Translations under genes and position numbers: made by a program | Part shown: positions 8,716 to 17,173 of the stretch, one piece after another | How the letters are laid out: each line of letters begins with the position of its first letter | How positions within the stretch are numbered: position 1 is the stretch's first letter | Virus record (IMG/VR): IMGVR_UViG_3300042991_000483 | Coordinates: 7,299 to 71,298 of that record | Strand: one strand, 5' to 3' | From: a virus | DNA: 64,000 nucleotides | Notes under the pieces: generated by a model | Seen by the model: the letters and a program-made list of their open reading frames with translations, nothing else | What the model was told of the DNA's origin: nothing | Database searches by the model: none

Positions 8716-11523
8716 TTACTTTTCAAACCTAACGACCATCCCGTGATCCTGCCTCTTCAACGTCTTCCGGTCGGCGTGCTCTATGCCGAAGGCGTTCCAC
8801 ACAGACTCCTGAGCCAGAACGGCGGGGTTATCGTCGTAGTTCACCCCGGTATAGACATCTTCCAGAACAGAGAAAATGTCTCCGTCTTGCATTCTCTTAT
8901 CTTCTTGTGGAACGGTTGGGTCTTGTTGCATGAGCATATTCTCTGCCACTGCGCCCAAGGCTTCTGGGGATAAGATGCCAAAGACCTTATTCGATTGGTC
9001 CCAGGTGGTCAATACCGTAGCCAGGATAGCTAATGACATTACCAAGTCGTCGTTCTCTCCAGCCGTAGCCTCTGCCTTCTGCTTCCTACCGTAGCCGGTG
9101 TTGTGCTCTGCCCAAACGAACACTTCCATTTCATGTAAGAGTCTGCCATCGTTTATAACGGGGGCATCCTTGAACACGGGGTTCTGTATAAAGCCTATGA
9201 GACGAGAAACGAAAAAGTTTCGTGAGCCACCGGAAGCATTCGTGCCGCCACCAGTGGTGAGGAAGCCCGTCTTCCCATCTAACCCTTCCAATACCCTACC
9301 GTAGCCTAGATCAGACTCCAAACGGAGTATGACATCGTTTCCGTATGAGTTCCTTTCTATCGCCAGCCCCGCTTCATTGTAAAACATCCCTACGATGTAG
9401 AGGATGATCGAGAACACCTTAGTATCCACTTTCCCCTTGAACCCACAGACCTGATACCCTTTCTGGTCCATCCCCACGAAAGCGGAGTAGTCGCTGCCAC
9501 CCCCAGAAGCGACGTCTGCGGCGATGACGATCTCATCTTTGGGTAGGGGCACTTTATAGATGGTGAGCATACTCTCCATACACCGCCGAAGAGACAAGCG
9601 ATAGCTTTCTTGGTCATTCTCATCCCCTACGTCGTACATATTCAGGATATGTGGGAGATGCCGATCTAAAATCTCATCCATCCTATCGGTGTGGCCGGCG
9701 ATGATGGGGACTCGCCTCGGATCTTCTTTTGCTCGTTTCAGAAACTCAGGCATGATAACTTTTTGCCCTGAGTAGGCGAAAGAACAATCCAACTCCTGAC
9801 TGATCTTACGCAAGTCGAAGTTGAAGGTCTTACACATGTTATCGTACCACGCCTGATCCCTTTCGGGGTGGACGTGCCACGGCAAAGTCACCATGTGAAA
9901 GTTAGTACCCTCTTGTTCTTTGGTGAGTAATATCCCAGATTGCTTAAGCCTCTGCGCTTCTTCCGCGAGCATGCACGTCTGATAGAACCAACCCTGAGCA
10001 CCGTTAGGCGTGGAGAGAGCTATTGCTTTACCGCCGGTGGAGATGGTAGGTGCGCATGCCGTCCACAAGTCCGACATTTGAGAAATGAACGCAGAGTTTC
10101 CGCTAACAGTACTATTTGTCTGATAAAGAGCGCCATCTGCTACGCCCAAGAGATCGTACAGGAATGACTCATTTTCTTGCTCTCGTCTTACCACGTCCTC
10201 TATTTCTGTGCCGCCTGCCAGCATCGTTCCTTTATCTAACTGGGTAGTCTCTACTTTTCTACCGTCGCCTAAAAGATGTTTGTGGTGTTTGGAGCATGAG
10301 AGAATGACTTTTCCGGCACTAACTACATCGTACACCACTTGATGCGTTGTGCGCTGGACCCCCTTGAACTCCCTCCATCCCGAGGGAGTCAACACTTCCC
10401 ATTCCCCTATCTCCTTAACCTCTCTCTGATGCGGATCTAATTGAAGGCTGACGGCTGGAGGCGCGAACTTGCTAACGAAAGCAACAATGGCTTTACCCAC
10501 GTCTCTATTAGATGCGGTTTCTGGCATAGAAAGCGCAGTTCGAAAATACTCTTCTCCAATAATCTGGTATCTCCTCCCCAGAGCTTTACAGTGTAGATGA
10601 AGAGCGGCAACTTTTGCCTTGAACTTTCCAGTTTCAGATTGTGAAGCCGGTTTTACTTCAGTTATGATTCCGGTATTTGGATTGTAAAAATCGGTGAGGT
10701 AAGTATGAATCTCTCCTGCAAACAAGTAAGGAATTCTTACGGCCTCATACTGCTCGTCCCGATTCAAAAGCCAAAAACAAGCATCCCACGTGCTACGGAA
10801 CTTACGCACCACCCCGTCCACTTCAATTAACGCCGTCCAATGCGTCCAAGTATTCGTTATCTCTGGCGTAAATGATCCCGAAAGGATATTCTGCTTCATC
10901 GTCTCAGACTGCTTCTTTCTGGCTTTTTCCGTGTTCATCTTTGCCTTATATTGTGGGTCCCGATGAAGGGCTTTCGAAATGAGAGACTGCCGTCTTCGCC
11001 AAGACTCGGAATGACGATGTTTTCCTTTGTTACTTTCAGATATCCGTGATCTGGTGGCTGAGGATAGAGAAAACCCCTTTCGATAAGGGGTACCTCGCCC
11101 TCTCCTCGTTCTAGTACTCTGACCTTTCTTTTCGGGGTGGGCTAAGTAGAAGCGTCTAATGGCTTCTCCTCTTTGTCGCTTTGCTTTTTCGCTCTGTGGT
11201 CGTTCTTTCGCCATCCTGCTACGAAAAACACTGGTACATTGAGCGTCACCGCAAAGAGTTCTTAGGACTGGACTTCCAGACTCCACTCCAACCGCTTTCC
11301 CACAGACCTTGCATCCTACTGGCTCAGTAAGTCCAAGCCTCAGGTACCAGAGTCTATCACGCAAAGTGAAGTCAGTAGGAAGGAAAGACGTCTCCGATAA
11401 GATACTCGCTAAAAGAAGACGCCTCTCTGTACGTGCATACCAACGTTCTTGGCAGCACCAATGATTAAGATGGCCGTCTTTCCACAGGGCCTCTATTATT
11501 TCTTCCCTACTTATACTCAGCAT
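8716..11523 (-). CDS. Endonuclease fused to C-intein and terminase large subunit C-terminal part
   Basis: About 350 aa of Zn/NUMOD-like and TnsA-like nuclease (FRSTWD, YLTDF, EVKP), then a Hint C-part (WEVLTPSGW..CSKHH..LYDLL..VSGN/S), then TerL STPNG, QELDCSF, IAADVASG, IERNSYG and NDDLVMSLA; own SD GAGGGG before the ATG. Confidence 0.9.
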   Translation of the reverse strand: MLSISREEIIEALWKDGHLNHWCCQERWYARTERRLLLASILSETSFLPTDFTLRDRLWYLRLGLTEPVGCKVCGKAVGVESGSPVLRTLCGDAQCTSVFRSRMAKERPQSEKAKRQRGEAIRRFYLAHPEKKGQSTRTRRGRGTPYRKGFSLSSATRSRISESNKGKHRHSESWRRRQSLISKALHRDPQYKAKMNTEKARKKQSETMKQNILSGSFTPEITNTWTHWTALIEVDGVVRKFRSTWDACFWLLNRDEQYEAVRIPYLFAGEIHTYLTDFYNPNTGIITEVKPASQSETGKFKAKVAALHLHCKALGRRYQIIGEEYFRTALSMPETASNRDVGKAIVAFVSKFAPPAVSLQLDPHQREVKEIGEWEVLTPSGWREFKGVQRTTHQVVYDVVSAGKVILSCSKHHKHLLGDGRKVETTQLDKGTMLAGGTEIEDVVRREQENESFLYDLLGVADGALYQTNSTVSGNSAFISQMSDLWTACAPTISTGGKAIALSTPNGAQGWFYQTCMLAEEAQRLKQSGILLTKEQEGTNFHMVTLPWHVHPERDQAWYDNMCKTFNFDLRKISQELDCSFAYSGQKVIMPEFLKRAKEDPRRVPIIAGHTDRMDEILDRHLPHILNMYDVGDENDQESYRLSLRRCMESMLTIYKVPLPKDEIVIAADVASGGGSDYSAFVGMDQKGYQVCGFKGKVDTKVFSIILYIVGMFYNEAGLAIERNSYGNDVILRLESDLGYGRVLEGLDGKTGFLTTGGGTNASGGSRNFFVSRLIGFIQNPVFKDAPVINDGRLLHEMEVFVWAEHNTGYGRKQKAEATAGENDDLVMSLAILATVLTTWDQSNKVFGILSPEALGAVAENMLMQQDPTVPQEDKRMQDGDIFSVLEDVYTGVNYDDNPAVLAQESVWNAFGIEHADRKTLKRQDHGMVVRFEK

Positions 11524-11605
11524 CGAACAGCCCCTCTATTGGAATTTTTCTTACCTCCCCAGTAAACCTATTTCTTACCGTCACTTCGGTGCCTCCGGTA
11601 ACACA
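10096..11605 (-). mobile_element. Naturally split intein with homing endonuclease in TerL
   Basis: 32-aa IntN (CVTGGTEV..DAEYK*) follows Walker B LLIVDE; IntC ends GN before Ser of SAFI. Confidence 0.85.
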
Positions 11606-12163
11606 TTCATCCACGATGAGCAATGAAATAGCGAATGAACGGCCAGCGTCAGTAGTCGTAGTAGAGACGTTAACGGAAGAGCCATTGTCTAAGACTAGAC
11701 TCATCTTGTTCCATTCTCTAACTGGTTTCTTCATCCACCTCGGAGTGTACTGGTAGATGAGCTTAACTTTGTCGAGAAACCCCTTCGCAGTGGTGGCTTT
11801 AGTGGCAATGACGAGGATGGACTTATCGGGGTAGAAAATGGCGTACCAGGCCGCCAAACCTGCGGTGATAGTGGAGATGCCCAACTGTCTAGATTTGAGT
11901 ACAATAGTATTCTTGTTTTCGGCGACTGTTTTCAGCAAATCCTCTTGAAAGGGGTAGAGATCGAAACGGATCTTTCCACGCTTAGGGTGCTGAATGCAGC
12001 CGTAGGTGCGTAAAAAGTAGGCAGGGTCTTTCTTACACTTGAAGAACTCGTCTGTTCGTCTCTGCTTATCCCAAGACTGAGTCTTCTCCATCCAAGGAAG
12101 AGGCGCTGGATTGTAAAGTAATTCTGTCTTCGACAGCTTCTTGGGTCCGAAGCTAACTTTCAT
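11507..12163 (-). CDS. Terminase large subunit N-terminal ATPase plus 32-aa N-intein
   Basis: KCKKDPAYF, FDLYPFQ, LKSRQLGIST and GRSFAISLLIVDE motifs; ATG 12163 has SD GGAG (the ORF track starts at 12226). Confidence 0.93.
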   Translation of the reverse strand: MKVSFGPKKLSKTELLYNPAPLPWMEKTQSWDKQRRTDEFFKCKKDPAYFLRTYGCIQHPKRGKIRFDLYPFQEDLLKTVAENKNTIVLKSRQLGISTITAGLAAWYAIFYPDKSILVIATKATTAKGFLDKVKLIYQYTPRWMKKPVREWNKMSLVLDNGSSVNVSTTTTDAGRSFAISLLIVDECVTGGTEVTVRNRFTGEVRKIPIEGLFDAEYK

Positions 12164-12698
12164 CCGGGTTCTCCAGAGGATCTCTTTCGGTGGAGTACTC
12201 AGCGTACCCAGATCCTTCTTCGTCAAGCTTCACCCGCATATCCACGGCAGTCCATTGAATAGACAAGTCAGCTATCATCTTGACGACCCTAACGATTTCC
12301 TTAGAAGACCCGCCTGCGTTTTCCACAAACTTGGCGAGGGCGGCGAGAGTGAACGGATCCAGTGAGTAGTTTCCACCCTTGAGTATTCTATTTGATATCT
12401 CATAGGAGTTTTGCTTATCCTGCTCAAGAGACTCTATCGTGGAAGAGAGAAGATCCAAAAGACCTTCCCTGTTCCCACTACGAGACAGTTCCCTGATACT
12501 GGCAATATCTACTCGTCTATTTCTGAGGGTGAAATCGACTTTGTCTTGCTCTTTACCGCTAGAAAGAGTCATACGAGTGGGAAGAACTTCTACTTCTCCA
12601 GGAGGGAGCCTCTGTATCGCACTGTCTGCGGCATCCTCCAGAGCCCTTAACCCCTTCCTGATCTCATCCATAGTATCGTTTCTGCTGTCCTCAGACAT
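12153..12698 (-). CDS. Hypothetical protein, candidate terminase small subunit
   Basis: Helical 181-aa ORF directly upstream of and overlapping TerL; function assigned by position only. Confidence 0.5.
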   Translation of the reverse strand: MSEDSRNDTMDEIRKGLRALEDAADSAIQRLPPGEVEVLPTRMTLSSGKEQDKVDFTLRNRRVDIASIRELSRSGNREGLLDLLSSTIESLEQDKQNSYEISNRILKGGNYSLDPFTLAALAKFVENAGGSSKEIVRVVKMIADLSIQWTAVDMRVKLDEEGSGYAEYSTERDPLENPDES

Positions 12699-13476
12699 CT
12701 GCTTCCTCCGGAATTCCGTTCGTTGCCCTGTAATCTATTTTCAACGCTCGGAGGTATTGCTTGCATTCTTGTGTACTGAAGTCTTTCGATTTTAAGTGGC
12801 ACATGAGGCTTCTGAGCGTATACACGCTCTTTTCCGGCATTTCTGAGGACAGCGAGTGGTCGCCGCTGATGAAGTTCACTATCTCCTGCCCGATGGCGCT
12901 GCCCGTCAGTAGGTTCATTTTGATAGAAGTATCCTCGTCCTCCAACAAGTTTAGCCACGCCTTCGGATCAACCTTCATGGAGTCGTTGGGCATTCTCTCC
13001 ACCGGATCTTGCGCGGGACGATCTGATGCGGCATCCGCCCCATTAGAACTTGAAGATGATTGCGGGAAAGAGATGAAGATTGTGCGGTGCTTTCTGACTT
13101 TGAAAACGTAAGTGAGAAGCCAGTGCGTGATGATGGTGGTCAAGTAGATGAAGGCGCTGGCGTCCTTTTTCTTTTTCTTATTGGGATCGAACTTTTCGAA
13201 GTCCTTCAACACCTTAAAGGCGGCCTCTTGCATGAGTTCCGCCTCAGGCGCCAAGCTTGAGAGCTTGAGCATTCTTATTCGTGCTTTTGCGATGAGTTGT
13301 GACGCCACTACTATCTCAGAGCGAATGATCTCTTTCTCTGGGTCTCCAAGGGGCAGAGAAAAATACTCTGTCCATCGGCGAGTGTAGTATGCGTCATCGA
13401 AATAGTGGCGGGGGTTTACCGCGTCCCCTGCTGGTTTACGGCCCTTCTGGCGTGGACTCTGGCTCTTCTGCTCCAT
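12691..13476 (-). CDS. Late sigma factor, T4 gp55-like
   Basis: HYFD..ELMQEA..FEKFDPNK..SAFIYLTTII resembles gp55/sigma region 2. Confidence 0.75.
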   Translation of the reverse strand: MEQKSQSPRQKGRKPAGDAVNPRHYFDDAYYTRRWTEYFSLPLGDPEKEIIRSEIVVASQLIAKARIRMLKLSSLAPEAELMQEAAFKVLKDFEKFDPNKKKKKDASAFIYLTTIITHWLLTYVFKVRKHRTIFISFPQSSSSSNGADAASDRPAQDPVERMPNDSMKVDPKAWLNLLEDEDTSIKMNLLTGSAIGQEIVNFISGDHSLSSEMPEKSVYTLRSLMCHLKSKDFSTQECKQYLRALKIDYRATNGIPEEADV

Positions 13477-14626
13477 TCTCTTCCTCCTGGGAAGAGACGT
13501 CAGGTTTCAACAAGAGCCCACTGATTTCATGTGCATACTTTTCTACGTCAGCACGGAACGAGACATCGTCTACATACTCTGGCTCGAATCCTATGCCCTG
13601 TAGAATCCCCGCTGTCTTGATACCTGCCTTACTCTTTCTAAACCACTTACTGCCCTTCATCGACTCCATAATTGCCGACATCTGGTCAAATTTCCCAGAA
13701 AGATACATGAGGCTAAGTACCGTTCTCTGCCACGGAGGAGCGGTCTTGCACTTCACTGTTTCAAATCGTACTGATTGCCCGACGACTTCTTCACCTGATT
13801 TGATTTTACCTACGGTCTTGACTTTGATTCGGTAAGAAGCGTAAAACTTCATTGCTTTTCCGCCAGTGCTCTCGTATGGATCTGCTCCCCACATCACAGG
13901 GCCGGACTGCATTTTCGTCCTCACCTGATTTACGAAAACGAGGGCGATCCGAAGAGCCCCTAGCGTTCTAGGAATCTGTCTGAACTGTACGCTGTTGTAA
14001 CGCGCCCGAGCCATAGCCTGCATGTTGGAGAAGTCTTTTCCGGTGACGGCTGCGGCGATCTCGTCAGTAGTGGAGACCCCGGCGATGGTATCCACTATCA
14101 TAAGGCAAGGAACAGCGTCCTCACCTTTAGACTCTTGTGTCTGCATGACCCTGTACACAGTGTTCCATACTTGCTCAAGCGTGTCAGCTTCGGCCACAAT
14201 GATAGACTCATTGTCTCCACCGAGGTCGAGGAAACGGTCATGATCCCATGAGTGTTCAGTATCTACTGCCACCACATAGCCACCGGCCCTCTGGACTGCC
14301 ACTGCTAGGTGATATCCTAGCGTAGATTTTCCGCTGCCTTCTTCGCCAAATATCTCACCTATCTTCCCTACAGGAAGACCGCCGCCGAGCATCTTATCCA
14401 GGGGCAAACCCGTGGGGATATACTCTTTGACAGGAGCATCCGGTTCGTTGTAGTGAATGTAATTCGGATTAAGAGATCCCTGTTTCAAAAGGCTATCGGT
14501 CAGATTCTTAGCGGACAAAATAGCAGACCCTTTTTCCAAATCCTTACGATTTGTGATTTTCATTTCAGACTTTTTTACCATCTGTCTCATTCTCCTATTT
14601 TCTCGTAGTTCAGACAAAGAAAACAA
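13436..14626 (-). CDS. recA: RecA/UvsX recombinase
   Basis: PTGLPLDKMLGGGLPVGKIGEIFGEEGSGKST, DTEH, FVNQVR and TGGKAMKFYASYRI motifs. Confidence 0.95.
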   Translation of the reverse strand: MFSLSELRENRRMRQMVKKSEMKITNRKDLEKGSAILSAKNLTDSLLKQGSLNPNYIHYNEPDAPVKEYIPTGLPLDKMLGGGLPVGKIGEIFGEEGSGKSTLGYHLAVAVQRAGGYVVAVDTEHSWDHDRFLDLGGDNESIIVAEADTLEQVWNTVYRVMQTQESKGEDAVPCLMIVDTIAGVSTTDEIAAAVTGKDFSNMQAMARARYNSVQFRQIPRTLGALRIALVFVNQVRTKMQSGPVMWGADPYESTGGKAMKFYASYRIKVKTVGKIKSGEEVVGQSVRFETVKCKTAPPWQRTVLSLMYLSGKFDQMSAIMESMKGSKWFRKSKAGIKTAGILQGIGFEPEYVDDVSFRADVEKYAHEISGLLLKPDVSSQEEENGAEEPESTPEGP

Positions 14627-14658
14627 CCCGTACTGAATATAGCGTGGAGAACGAACAG

Positions 14659-14685
14659 AAAAGGGGCGCTTACTGGCGCCCCCTT
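14659..14685 (-). terminator. Intrinsic terminator after HU
   Basis: aaggggcgc-ttactg-gcgcccctt hairpin with a U-run on the minus strand. Confidence 0.75.
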
Positions 14686-14714
14686 CTGCTTCTGCTTGTT
14701 TTGTCTGTGATGTC

Positions 14715-14993
14715 TTAGTCTACTTGCTTCGCTTTGAGAAAGCGGAACTTTCGGACCACCTTCGCCGGAACATCAATAGCCTCATTGGTCACGGGGTTTC
14801 GCGCTTTGCGCGCATTGCGTTGTTTGACTTCGAAGACGCCGAAGCCCGACACACGAACCTTGTCACCTGGGTCGATGAGGTTACCAAGGATCACACCATT
14901 CTCTCCGAACACGGCGTCGAAGATACGCGCGGCTCGGGCCCTCGGCTCGGCAAGTTCTTCAGCCAGAGCTTTGATCAGATCGCCTTTGTTCAT
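14715..14993 (-). CDS. HU/IHF-family DNA-binding protein
   Basis: MNKGDLIKALA..VSGFGVFEVKQRNARKARNPVTNEAIDVPAK; SD GGAGG. Confidence 0.95.
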   Translation of the reverse strand: MNKGDLIKALAEELAEPRARAARIFDAVFGENGVILGNLIDPGDKVRVSGFGVFEVKQRNARKARNPVTNEAIDVPAKVVRKFRFLKAKQVD

Positions 14994-15122
14994 TGTACTA
15001 CCTCCTCTTTGATTCACCAGCCACGACCGCTGACAGAGTTCAAACCACCCAGAGACGGGGGATTCCTACGGTCCTCTACTATTAGATAGCGTAAAACGAC
15101 CGTTATTTTCCCTGAACACAGA

Positions 15123-15815
15123 TTAGGAGGTCAGGACCGCCCCATAGATTTTCACGATGGTTCTTGTGAACCGTATAGATTTATCTACTTTGATGGGGAA
15201 TACTGGCGTGGACTCGCTGTGTCCAACTGCGTCTGCCCATGAACCGACGAAAGGCGTGTCCCCAACGTCATAGCCAGAATAATGTGTCCAAGCATCAACC
15301 TCTGACTGCGTTTTGGGGGCGAAATTCTTATCAATGTAGGTAAAGGGAAAGAGGAAGTAGCCGTTGACGATGATGGACATGTTCACGTTAGCAGGCTCTA
15401 CGGGGAGGTCCGAATATCCTCCCCCGGTGCTGCTGTACTTGTACGCCAAAGGATCTGGAGCATACCCGAAAGTTACCTTCACAGGATAGTCGGACATAAT
15501 GTAGAGGAAATTAGGCTGAACATCGTTGATACTTCCCGACCTCCCGTCTATGGTTTGGAAGACTCCATTTACGTCCTTCGTCAGTTGTGAGGTGGTGGGG
15601 ACGGGGAAGACAAAACTCGGGGCGGTTGTAGAGAGGGTCTTCTGTACAAGCCAATCCTTCTCGTTTAGGAGCTTCTTCTGAATCTCCAGAGGTATCTGTC
15701 TGATTATCTCCTTGCATGCGCTCATCTGCTGCAGGCGCCCGAGGAGGGTCAACTGTTTGTAATTCGGATTGGGGTTGCATCCGCTGTATCCGGTTGGCTG
15801 TCCTACTATACCCAT
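15123..15815 (-). CDS. Hypothetical protein (possibly virion)
   Basis: 230-aa ORF with SD; co-transcribed with 15827-16318. Confidence 0.65.
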   Translation of the reverse strand: MGIVGQPTGYSGCNPNPNYKQLTLLGRLQQMSACKEIIRQIPLEIQKKLLNEKDWLVQKTLSTTAPSFVFPVPTTSQLTKDVNGVFQTIDGRSGSINDVQPNFLYIMSDYPVKVTFGYAPDPLAYKYSSTGGGYSDLPVEPANVNMSIIVNGYFLFPFTYIDKNFAPKTQSEVDAWTHYSGYDVGDTPFVGSWADAVGHSESTPVFPIKVDKSIRFTRTIVKIYGAVLTS

Positions 15816-15826
15816 TGGGATCTCCT

Positions 15827-16318
15827 TTATACGGTCGAAAACTTCGCGAAGTATACCTCCGCGCTCGTAGACGCCAAACCAATGGGGAGGTAGAGTTTCA
15901 AAGGAAGCACTCTACGGTAAAAGCCGTCTTCCAACGAGACGTCGTACGGACAATTCCCTTTCCACAAGAAGACGTCGTTAATGGGAGGAAGTACAGTAGG
16001 AGAATATCCTACCACTCCGTATCCTAAAACCACTCCCAGAGGACCGTCGGGGACTATGACCACGAGGTCTATGTCCTGCTGCGGGCTGTCTCCACTAAAT
16101 CCCACTAGGCTCTCGTCAAAGACGTACGTGGGATTGTTCGTATCCAAGGAGACCTTGAAGTAGAACTCACCGTTATCAGCAATCGCCCCAAAATCAGAAA
16201 CGGCAAACCTGTTTACGACGTTTCCCAACCTGTCAGACACCTCGATGCGGCTGTCCATGATAAGGATCTGACTGCCTTGAAGGTAGGTGCTGTTGGTCGG
16301 AGATAGGGGGTTAGTCAT
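15827..16318 (-). CDS. Hypothetical protein (possibly virion)
   Basis: 163-aa ORF with SD GGAGG and an AGAATATA motif upstream. Confidence 0.65.
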   Translation of the reverse strand: MTNPLSPTNSTYLQGSQILIMDSRIEVSDRLGNVVNRFAVSDFGAIADNGEFYFKVSLDTNNPTYVFDESLVGFSGDSPQQDIDLVVIVPDGPLGVVLGYGVVGYSPTVLPPINDVFLWKGNCPYDVSLEDGFYRRVLPLKLYLPIGLASTSAEVYFAKFSTV

Positions 16319-16368
16319 AATAGTTCCTCCATAAGGGTCTACTTGGTATATTCTACCCTGTCAAAGCA

Positions 16369-16397
16369 AAACAAAAGGGGGCCGACTGGCCCCCTTT
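16369..16397 (-). terminator. Intrinsic terminator
   Basis: aaaggggg-ccgactgg-cccccttt GC-rich hairpin with a U-tract on the minus strand. Confidence 0.75.
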
Positions 16398-16421
16398 ATG
16401 CTCTGTCTGGAGTGGGTAAAG

Positions 16422-17051
16422 TTAGAAAATATCGTCGTTTGTGCATTCCAGCCAAAAAAAGTTGGGTCTGGCCCTCTTCTCCAGCTTCAGATCATCGGGG
16501 ACGATAACGATCTTCTGCTGCCAGTTCGTTTCGCCGTCATGTGAGTGCTTCTCAGCATGAAGTTCTCCATGATGCTTAAAGTTGACGGAGAGAACCTTTG
16601 GAATTGAGGAGTAGATACCTAGCGCCTTAGCCGTATAGCTCGTATTTGGGTCGAAGAAGACGTCAGCCATCAAGAAGAATGGAGTCGACTTCGTACCCTT
16701 CTCTTGAGAATGCACAAACTTAAGCAAGAACTTATCCAGCTTGTACGTCTCCCCAGAGGCATAGGCGGTCTTAGATGAAGAATTTGGGTACTTGGAAGAG
16801 ACGTTATCGTCTCGTCTGGACTCTTTCTGCTGCACGAACCAGTACACGGACTTCAGCGAGAACTTATTTTCTGTGGTGAATTTCCTGTTCGCCCCGAACA
16901 TATCTGTGGGGATCGTGGACAGGAAAATATCCGAAGTCACTAAAGACTTCGGCAAATAGACGGTGAGCCCTACAGGAGTAGACAATTCTACGTCAGACTC
17001 TACTGGAGCATACCCACTCTCTTCCTCTTTTTTACTTCCGAAAAATGCCAT
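16422..17051 (-). CDS. Hypothetical protein
   Basis: ATG 17051 with SD GGAGG, in frame with track ORF 16422-17126. Confidence 0.7.
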   Translation of the reverse strand: MAFFGSKKEEESGYAPVESDVELSTPVGLTVYLPKSLVTSDIFLSTIPTDMFGANRKFTTENKFSLKSVYWFVQQKESRRDDNVSSKYPNSSSKTAYASGETYKLDKFLLKFVHSQEKGTKSTPFFLMADVFFDPNTSYTAKALGIYSSIPKVLSVNFKHHGELHAEKHSHDGETNWQQKIVIVPDDLKLEKRARPNFFWLECTNDDIF

Positions 17052-17173
17052 TACAGCCTCCTGATCATCTCTATTCCGGTTTTTTGCACAAGCGTAAGAG
17101 GCTTGCACACCCAAGAAGACACGCACACATTCTAATTAGCGAAAACAAACACCATTATTTGCGAAGGCTAAGA

